A stretch of 32,000 nt of DNA from Afipia carboxidovorans OM5 (GTDB lineage: Bacteria; Pseudomonadota; Alphaproteobacteria; Rhizobiales; Xanthobacteraceae), in NCBI RefSeq assembly GCF_000218565.1, contig NC_015684.1:1998829-2030828 (forward strand), given 5' to 3'. The translations under genes and the position numbers were made by a program. Positions 26,622 through 32,000 of this stretch are shown here, one piece after another. Numbering within the stretch: the stretch's first letter is position 1; each line of letters opens with the position of its first letter. The notes below the pieces were generated by a model, which was given only the letters and a program-made list of their open reading frames with translations, was not told where the DNA came from and searched no databases.

Positions 26622-28090
26622 GCCTTAGAGCCCGATGGTTTGTTGTCGTCGCGCGCATCGATAAGCACGATATCCTTACTGTCTGTCAGTTTAAGTTTCT
26701 TCAAAATTGCATTGACCTTACGAAGTTCAGCAATACTGAAATAGATAATCACCTTAATCGCGTTTTTCGCATCGCTCGCGGCTTGGTAAATCGGTACTTG
26801 CTTCTCAAGGTTTCGTTCTAGCTGTGTATTCTTTGCCAGCTTCATTTCGACAAGTGTTTTGTCGTCGGCACCTCGTGAGATTTTGAAGTCAACTGGCCCT
26901 CTGCCATCGTTCGCCTCGGTGCCAACATCTGAAGGCGTCCCGAACCAGACTAGGCGATAAAGGATTTGAAGGTCCTTTTCCCGCTGAATTGGTTTTCCGT
27001 CGTGATAAAATAGCCGGTGTCCGCCCTTGCTCTCGATGGCATCCTTCAGATAGCGGACACGGGCATGCGCCTCTTCATAGGTGCCGCCGCCGGTTCCGTA
27101 GAAGGCGGTCTTATGAAGCAGGGTGTTTTGAATTTCGGCGATCTGCCGGATGAATATGTATTCGGTTGCAAGTACCTTCTCGGCGCTGAGGTCTGCAGCT
27201 TCGTCTCCGCGCTGTTCCTTCAACTTGATGTAGTAATCGATGAGCTGCGGGAATTCTAACAAAGTTCTTCTGGCAGCTTCCGAACGCTCTTTCGCGCTGG
27301 GACGGCGTCGACGACCGGGTCTATCAAGGATCTTGTGGAAATAATTCTCAACCTGCGCCCGTAGCTGTGAATCTGGAATGGCTGTCGGAATTTCCTGAAA
27401 GTCGCCAACCAAATCGCCTTTGTTGATCCAGTTTTCATCTCTGGTCAGGATATCCTTCGGAGTCAGGATGACGAAATCACCATTAACCCACGGCAGTGCA
27501 TATGTGGTTCGCTCCCATGTCTCGGTCTCGTAATTGAATCGAGTCTTCTCTACAGCCACCTGCCGCACGTCGTTAGGCTTCAGGTGCTGCGCAGCGAACT
27601 TTTCAGTATATCGACACAGATAATCCTTAATTAGATTAGTCGTGAAATCGCTGATGTTGTCGCGTCCGACACCATCGGAGATCAAGCACACCTTTTCCAA
27701 GTGGCTTCCCTCGGTGATTCCTTCCTCGCCGAAGTCTGAGAACAAGCTGTGCAGATTACTGTGTAAGGCCCGAGCGAAATCCATCCCGAGTCCGGTCCCG
27801 CCGTTGCCGCTAATCGAGAAACCGAGCCAGTTCTGCTTCACCTCACTGAAGCAGTACCAGCTCGATAGCAGCGCATCGCTGATCGCCCCCTTCGCAGATC
27901 GATCGCGGAGGAATACTAGGTAATCGATCATCGAGTCGTGAAGGGTGCGGTACTCATCCTTCTCGCTGTTAAACAGCAGGAAGGGATCGATAAATAAGGG
28001 AAGGTCATTAACGATCGAAATGTTCAGGGCACCGCAACTATCTAGCGTTCCCGCATCGATTCCGAAATACTCATTAAAAAAGGTGGCCAC
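26618..28090 (-). CDS. Hypothetical 490-aa protein: unknown N-terminal domain plus C-terminal RecB/PD-(D/E)xK-like nuclease motifs
   Basis: GTG start 7 nt after GAGG. The C-terminus carries E371, D401 (GPVDF), E415-x-K417 (VEMK) and Q431-x3-Y435 (QVPIY) in the order and spacing of RecB-family nucleases. AT-rich. Confidence 0.72.
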   Translation of the reverse strand: MATFFNEYFGIDAGTLDSCGALNISIVNDLPLFIDPFLLFNSEKDEYRTLHDSMIDYLVFLRDRSAKGAISDALLSSWYCFSEVKQNWLGFSISGNGGTGLGMDFARALHSNLHSLFSDFGEEGITEGSHLEKVCLISDGVGRDNISDFTTNLIKDYLCRYTEKFAAQHLKPNDVRQVAVEKTRFNYETETWERTTYALPWVNGDFVILTPKDILTRDENWINKGDLVGDFQEIPTAIPDSQLRAQVENYFHKILDRPGRRRRPSAKERSEAARRTLLEFPQLIDYYIKLKEQRGDEAADLSAEKVLATEYIFIRQIAEIQNTLLHKTAFYGTGGGTYEEAHARVRYLKDAIESKGGHRLFYHDGKPIQREKDLQILYRLVWFGTPSDVGTEANDGRGPVDFKISRGADDKTLVEMKLAKNTQLERNLEKQVPIYQAASDAKNAIKVIIYFSIAELRKVNAILKKLKLTDSKDIVLIDARDDNKPSGSKA

Positions 28091-28229
28091 GGAAACGCCT
28101 CTCGTTCAAACGCAATCAATCCGTCCGACACGCGGCGAGGGCCGCAGAAATAGCAGCAACAAACTTGATTTTCACGATGGTTTTCTCCCAGCCTGCATAG
28201 CCTACCTCAGGTTGAAGGGAGACTGGAAA

Positions 28230-28322
28230 CTAACCTTTTGGCAAGAGGCCGATTTCCACAAGCCTGCGGATGGACTCTGACCGTGATGGTTTGTCGGGCT
28301 GAAGCGCAGCCCATTCGTCTAG
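28230..28322 (-). pseudogene. 3' remnant of a second RHH-family gene (no start codon, about 30 codons)
   Basis: Translates to LDEWAALQPDKPSRSESIRRLVEIGLLPKG*. It aligns with the C-terminus of the intact RHH protein (VDSWIAKHDDAPTRPEAIRTLLRKGL, about 12 of 26 identical by eye). The frame is closed by TAA at 28344-28346. Confidence 0.45.
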
Positions 28323-28329
28323 GCGCGCC

Positions 28330-28824
28330 TCAGGCTTTGGGTTTTATCGGCCCGATCCGTTTTCTGTACGGCCGGTTTTTGAAACTCGTTTGCACCAATG
28401 CGTAATAATCGCCATTCCGTAAATTCGGCAGAATATCCGGCCTCGATCGGATAACGCCAGTCCATTGGTGCGCCGGCTCTAGAAGCTGCGGAATGTTGCG
28501 CGGATAGCCCTTCAGTTGAGGGTTAGTCACCACATAACTGCTGATCGCTCTTCGCCTCCAGAAATAATAGAAGGGGTAACGCTCTTCGATGGCGAGGTTG
28601 GTAATCATGGTGGCTGACGTGCCAACGTTTGTAGCGTTCACGATGACAAGGTCGCGCTCGTCAAACTCCGGATCACCGCCGACTACTAGGCCATCCGATA
28701 TGACGGACATTCGCAAGCGCGGTCCACTCGTCAGCCAGTTTCGGAATTGAATCAGTAATGCGCCGGTTGAAACGCAGGCCGCATAGATTGCGATCCAAAT
28801 GCCTATGGTGCCGGGTTCTGTCAC
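28330..28824 (-). CDS. Hypothetical N-terminally membrane-anchored protein (164 aa)
   Basis: GTG at 28824 overlaps the RHH stop (GTGA). One TM helix (IGIWIAIYAACVSTGALLIQF), then a beta-rich domain. The longer 191-aa ORF would overlap the RHH gene by 85 nt. Confidence 0.6.
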   Translation of the reverse strand: MTEPGTIGIWIAIYAACVSTGALLIQFRNWLTSGPRLRMSVISDGLVVGGDPEFDERDLVIVNATNVGTSATMITNLAIEERYPFYYFWRRRAISSYVVTNPQLKGYPRNIPQLLEPAHQWTGVIRSRPDILPNLRNGDYYALVQTSFKNRPYRKRIGPIKPKA

Positions 28825-29015
28825 TTGCCCTTGGCTAGCCCTTTGCGCAGCAGCGTGCGGATGGCCTCCGGCCTTGTCGGCGCGTCGTCGTGTTTTGCAA
28901 TCCACGAGTCAACCGCTTCCAGATCGTCAGGCTGAAGCCGAACGCCTACGAGCGTACCCTTGCCGGTGGCGGGAGGCCCGCGCCTTTTCTGTGTTATCAC
29001 GGTTTGACGTTTCAT
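28821..29015 (-). CDS. Ribbon-helix-helix (Arc/MetJ/CopG-type) DNA-binding protein
   Basis: GPPATGKGTLVGVRLQPDDLEAVDSWIA...RPEAIRTLLRKGL shows a beta-strand followed by two helices. ATG at 29015 is preferred; the ORF is open to 29078. Confidence 0.68.
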   Translation of the reverse strand: MKRQTVITQKRRGPPATGKGTLVGVRLQPDDLEAVDSWIAKHDDAPTRPEAIRTLLRKGLAKGK

Positions 29016-29038
29016 TGAAATCTGTGTTATCACGGTTT
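28988..29038. repeat. Two perfect 18-bp direct repeats TCTGTGTTATCACGGTTT spaced 33 bp apart, flanking the RHH start codon (putative operator)
   Basis: Copies at 28988-29005 and 29021-29038. Each contains the near-palindrome GTGTTATCAC. Confidence 0.6.
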
Positions 29039-29080
29039 TCGGCTGGCGAATAGTCCCAGCCGGAAATGGGGATTGCATTT

Positions 29081-29326
29081 ATGTCAGAAACTAACACCGA
29101 AACCAAAACACCGTTTGTCCGTGAGAAAATCCGGCAGGTTGTCGTGGAGCATGAAATCGTGAAGCTGAACGAGCTTCTAAAACTGCAGCAGACCCTCTTG
29201 AGCGATGGCCGAATTGAAGGGATGGGCGAACGCAATGCTCAGTCGGAAATATTGCAGGAGAGCATCTTACACCGCGCGAACGAACTGCTGGTCTTGGTCC
29301 AGGACAGTGACATCGTTAAGCACTGA
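29081..29326 (+). CDS. Hypothetical small helical protein (81 aa), divergent from the RHH gene
   Basis: ATG at 29081 lies 8 nt after GGGGA; 29066 is an alternative start. Heptad-like sequence (VKLNELLKLQQTLL). Followed by a terminator. Confidence 0.5.
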   Translation: MSETNTETKTPFVREKIRQVVVEHEIVKLNELLKLQQTLLSDGRIEGMGERNAQSEILQESILHRANELLVLVQDSDIVKH

Positions 29327-29340
29327 AGCCGCGAAGATGG

Positions 29341-29370
29341 CCCGTGCTTTAACCGGCGCGGGTCTTTTCC
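29341..29370 (+). terminator. Rho-independent terminator
   Basis: CCCGTGC-N8-GCGCGGG stem (6 of 7 pairs) followed by TCTTTTCC. Confidence 0.55.
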
Positions 29371-29437
29371 ACCGTTATGCGATTGGTTATGTTAGACCGA
29401 CAAAAACGGCACTTTATTCAATGATTTCAATGGCTGA

Positions 29438-29456
29438 TGGCGGAAGGGGTGTCCGC
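29438..29456. repeat. 19-bp direct repeat TGGCGGAAGGGGTGTCCGC, copy 2 (junction between the two tandem islands)
   Basis: Identical to 12143-12161. It lies 139 bp upstream of the second integrase gene. Confidence 0.7.
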
Positions 29457-29531
29457 CCATCCCATGTTTTTACTGTCCATAGCGACAACCGGAAATCTCA
29501 AAAACTCTTGTTTTCCTAGCCTTTCCGCTTA

Positions 29532-29563
29532 GGTTGCCAATATGGTCGCCCATGCTGGCAACC
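29532..29563. promoter_or_regulatory. Inverted repeat GGTTGCCA-N16-TGGCAACC upstream of the second int
   Basis: 8-bp perfect arms. Positional analogue of 12226-12254. Confidence 0.4.
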
Positions 29564-29594
29564 GCCTAGATTAGGAAAGAGATTAGGAACGGCT

Positions 29595-30812
29595 ATGGCG
29601 CGCAACAGGCTCACCACCACTCAATGCAATGCGCGCCGCAAGGCCGGAAAGCTGGCAGACGGTGACGGTCTCTATCTGCAGACGAGCCCCAACGGAAATA
29701 AGAGCTTCGTTTTCGTTTTCATCCGTAGCGGTCGGCGGCGGGAGATGGGACTCGGCCCATTCGGGACCGGTACGGGGCAAGTTTCGCTCGCTGCTGCACG
29801 CGACAAGGCGGACGAAGTCCGTGCCATCCTTGGGCGCGGCGGCGATCCCTTCACGGAGCTATCCTCCCGCCGCGCAACCAGCCGGACGTTCGGCGCTTTC
29901 GCCGCCGAGTGGGTTGAGGGCATGGCGGAGGGCTGGCGCAACGAGAAGCACCGGGATCAATGGCGCATGACGTTGCTGGGCGTAACCAGCAAGATCGACA
30001 AGGATGGTAAGCCGATCAAGGCCAAGCACGACTACTGTGCGTCGCTGCGCAAGATTCCCGTTGCCGACGTGGCCACCGATGACGTGCTGAAGGTGATACG
30101 CCCCATCTGGAAGACCAAGCCCGAAACCGCCCGTCGCATCCGTGGCCGGATTGAGCGCGTCCTAGATGCCGCTAAGGCGGCTGGTGAGCGCACTGGCGAA
30201 AACCCCGCACGATGGCGCGGCCATTTATCAGAGTTGTTGTCCAAGCCCGAGAAGCTCCAGCGGGGTCATCACAAGGCCTTGCCCTACAAAGAGGTGCCAG
30301 CCTTTATGAAGCGGCTGAGGGCGATGAGTTCGATTTCCGCTCTATCTGTCGAATTCACGATTCTAACGGCGGCCCGATCGGGCGAGACGCGCGGCGCAAC
30401 ATGGTCTGAGATTTGGGACGACGTTTGGATTATCCCCGCCGAGCGCATGAAAGGGGGCAGGGAGCACCGAGTCCCGTTAGTCTCGCGCGCGCTGGAAATC
30501 CTTGAGGCCGTGAAAAAAGTGCGCACCTCTGACTTTATCTTTCCGGGCTTCCGAGACGATCGGCCGCTTTCCGACATGTCCCTATCAGCGGTGCTGCGGC
30601 GGCTGGAGGTGGACGCCACCGTCCATGGCTTCCGGTCCTCGTTTCGAGACTGGGCCGGCGATGCCACGGATTTTCCAAGAGAATTGGCCGAGGCGGCGCT
30701 GGCGCATCTGGTTGGCGACGAGACGGAGAGAGCGTACAGGCGAGGGGATGCCCTTAAGCGGCGGCGGGAACTTATGGCGGCCTGGGCACAATATTTAGTA
30801 AGTGGAAAATAA
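29595..30812 (+). CDS. int: Tyrosine recombinase/integrase, P4/CP4-57 type (paralog of 12261..13433)
   Basis: MARNRLTTTQ...GDGDGLYLQ..., TAARSGETR, HGFRSSFRDWAG and ERAYRR. Roughly half of its positions are identical to the first integrase by eye. Confidence 0.95.
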   Translation: MARNRLTTTQCNARRKAGKLADGDGLYLQTSPNGNKSFVFVFIRSGRRREMGLGPFGTGTGQVSLAAARDKADEVRAILGRGGDPFTELSSRRATSRTFGAFAAEWVEGMAEGWRNEKHRDQWRMTLLGVTSKIDKDGKPIKAKHDYCASLRKIPVADVATDDVLKVIRPIWKTKPETARRIRGRIERVLDAAKAAGERTGENPARWRGHLSELLSKPEKLQRGHHKALPYKEVPAFMKRLRAMSSISALSVEFTILTAARSGETRGATWSEIWDDVWIIPAERMKGGREHRVPLVSRALEILEAVKKVRTSDFIFPGFRDDRPLSDMSLSAVLRRLEVDATVHGFRSSFRDWAGDATDFPRELAEAALAHLVGDETERAYRRGDALKRRRELMAAWAQYLVSGK

Positions 30813-30826
30813 TTTCACCATAGTCC

Positions 30827-30855
30827 TTGACCATGGCGGCTATGTTGTCCTATAT
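30827..30855 (+). promoter_or_regulatory. Sigma70-like promoter TTGACC-N17-CTATAT upstream of the second alpA
   Basis: Same hexamers and spacing as 13448-13476. Confidence 0.5.
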
Positions 30856-30984
30856 TACTGGAGCCTAGGGGCGTTAGCCCCCAAGCGTGACGGCCTTAAA
30901 TTCGCTTCCGTGCGTGCACTGGGGAGCGGGCGGCGCTATCGGTCAATTGGCTGACAACAGCCTCATCCCTGACCACAAAAATCC

Positions 30985-31224
30985 ATGACTCTGAATCCGT
31001 CCTCGGACGAGCCTGCGCTCGTCTCGATGAAGAGCGTCGTCGCCATGACGTCGCTCTCCCGCACAATGATCAATCGATATCGCGTCGACGGGAAATTCCC
31101 CGCCGCCGTGCCTTTGGGTGACCGAAGGGTCGCCTTTGTTCGTAACGAAATCAATGACTGGATCGCCGCCCGCATCGCTGCGCGTGCGGCGAACGACAAC
31201 GTCAAGATGCGGGAGGTGGCGTGA
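30985..31224 (+). CDS. alpA: AlpA-family phage regulatory protein / excisionase-like HTH
   Basis: LVSMKSVVAMTSLSRTMINRYRVDGKFPAAVPLGDRRVAFVRNEINDWI is homologous to 13579..13821. Confidence 0.85.
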   Translation: MTLNPSSDEPALVSMKSVVAMTSLSRTMINRYRVDGKFPAAVPLGDRRVAFVRNEINDWIAARIAARAANDNVKMREVA

Positions 31225-31335
31225 TGGAGCACCTCCCGCTGGCCGCCAACGACAATAATCGAAGCGGCACCCCAGCCGCCGAATCGTACCACTGGCTTTA
31301 GCCATGTGCACCCGTAGTCAACTAGGACCAGACCA

Positions 31336-31590
31336 TTGCGAATATTAGCAATCCGTCCGGCGCCACCGGGCTCGGCAACGCTTGCGCGTTTCGATCTTCA
31401 GCTAAACGGTCACCTTCGTCTCTATAACTTGGCGCTTCGTCAGCGTGGCGAAGAGCCAGCGCATGTCTGTGCACCGAACGCGTTCAATGAACGTGTCGCC
31501 GGATTCAGCGCGCCATTCAACAAGGCGCTTGCCGAACTCGCCCTTAAATCCCTAGTGGAGCTTCAGACCCAGAATGAACTCGCTTCATAA
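31336..31590 (+). CDS. Conserved small island protein (84 aa), paralog of 14111..14335
   Basis: The TTG start gives MRILAIRPAPPGS, matching MRILNYRPAPSGG in island 1. The 3' end overlaps the next gene. Confidence 0.55.
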   Translation: MRILAIRPAPPGSATLARFDLQLNGHLRLYNLALRQRGEEPAHVCAPNAFNERVAGFSAPFNKALAELALKSLVELQTQNELAS

Positions 31591-32000
31591 TCTCGCCGAC
31601 GCCCTCGGCGGCGACGTCATCAGTAATCGGTGCATCCTCTGCCCTGGTCCCGCTCACAGCCGTAAGGATCGCAGCCTCAAGGTCAAGTTCAGGCCAGACG
31701 GCACCTTCAGCGTCACCAGCTTCGCGGGTGATGATTGGCGGGAATGTAAGGACTTCATCCGCGAACGCCTCGGACTTCCGAGCGATTGGAAGCGCCAGCC
31801 AGCCAACGACGATAAGCCCATCATCCGACTGCGCGAACGCGATGACGACGAGCCTGCGCGCATCCGCTCCGCGCTGATGCGATGGGAGCACGCCATCCCG
31901 ATCGCCGGAACGCTTGCCGAGCGATATCTCGCGTCGCGCGGCCTGACCTATAACGGCGACGCAATCCGCTACCGCGTGAACGACCGGAGCATGGTGGCGT
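31574..32000 (+). CDS. Zinc-ribbon primase-like replication protein (P4-alpha/Toprim-associated N-terminal domain), 3' end outside the window
   Basis: I translated it by hand from ATG 31574 and it stays open to the window end. It is absent from the ORF track, presumably because no stop falls inside the window. CILCPGPAHSRKDRSLKVKF..DGTFSVTSFAGDDWRECKDFI is the zinc-binding motif seen at the N-terminus of P4-type and island primases. Confidence 0.7.
   Translation, partial: MNSLHNLADALGGDVISNRCILCPGPAHSRKDRSLKVKFRPDGTFSVTSFAGDDWRECKDFIRERLGLPSDWKRQPANDDKPIIRLRERDDDEPARIRSALMRWEHAIPIAGTLAERYLASRGLTYNGDAIRYRVNDRSMVA

Larger units (their letters stand above)
12143..29456. mobile_element. 17.3-kb integrative phage satellite-like element (int, alpA, rep/ori, head and packaging genes only, cargo), cf-PICI-like
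   Basis: Bounded by perfect 19-bp direct repeats. Integrase sits at one end. HK97-type head and terminase genes are present with no tail or lysis genes. AT-rich cargo sits at the distal end. Confidence 0.7.
29438..32000. mobile_element. Second, tandem integrative island (int, alpA, small gene, primase-like), left part only
   Basis: It starts at the second repeat copy with the same module order as island 1 and continues past the window end. Confidence 0.6.

Noticed and set aside
27945-28280. 111-aa plus-strand ORF in the gap upstream of the nuclease-like gene
   Set aside because: It overlaps the 5' end of the 490-aa gene in antisense and then runs through promoter and non-coding DNA. The only protein-like signal in the gap is the RHH remnant on the opposite strand.
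28825-28905. Longer 191-aa version of the membrane protein
   Set aside because: It would overlap the RHH gene by 85 nt, and its N-terminus (MDCKTRRRADKAGGHPHAAAQRAS) looks non-coding. The GTG at 28824 gives a classic GTGA coupling with the RHH stop.
1-32000. CRISPR arrays, rRNA genes and IS elements/transposases
   Set aside because: I found no regularly spaced repeat-spacer structure, no rRNA-like sequence, and no transposase-like ORF or terminal inverted repeats. The only repeat systems seen are the att 19-mers, the iterons and the RHH operator repeats.

Overview
High-GC chromosome segment that looks alphaproteobacterial (Bradyrhizobiaceae-like; this is inference from composition and protein appearance). 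Bases 1-9,600 hold ordinary core genes: the tail of an RND efflux permease, a three-gene Fe(III)-type ABC importer, a Tat-exported multicopper oxidase, a heme-binding beta-barrel (DUF1794/nitrobindin-like) protein, a divergent MerR regulator and CDF metal-efflux pair, and a YdeI-like protein. From about 9.6 kb the window becomes accessory DNA. (i) A visibly AT-richer islet carries one large AAA_13 (RloC/PrrC-like) ATPase. (ii) A 17.3-kb integrative element (12,143-29,456) is bounded by a perfect 19-bp direct repeat. It encodes a P4-type integrase, AlpA, a RepA-like replication ATPase with a downstream iteron cluster, and a complete HK97-type head and packaging set (portal, protease, capsid, connector, head-closure, HNH, TerS, TerL). 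It has no tail or lysis genes, which is the architecture of a capsid-forming phage satellite (cf-PICI-like). (iii) Its AT-rich cargo slot (25.1-29.4 kb) is the best candidate for an undescribed system. It contains a translationally coupled two-gene operon: a 490-aa protein with a C-terminal RecB/PD-(D/E)xK-like nuclease motif set and a 300-aa all-alpha partner. It also contains a ribbon-helix-helix plus membrane-protein pair with an 18-bp direct-repeat operator, and a truncated RHH gene remnant that suggests cassette swapping. (iv) A second, tandem island starts at the second repeat copy. It has a homologous int, promoter, alpA and small gene but a different (zinc-ribbon primase-like) replication gene, and it runs off the window. 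I could not fold any tRNA, rRNA or CRISPR array. All family assignments come from motif recognition by eye, not from database searches.
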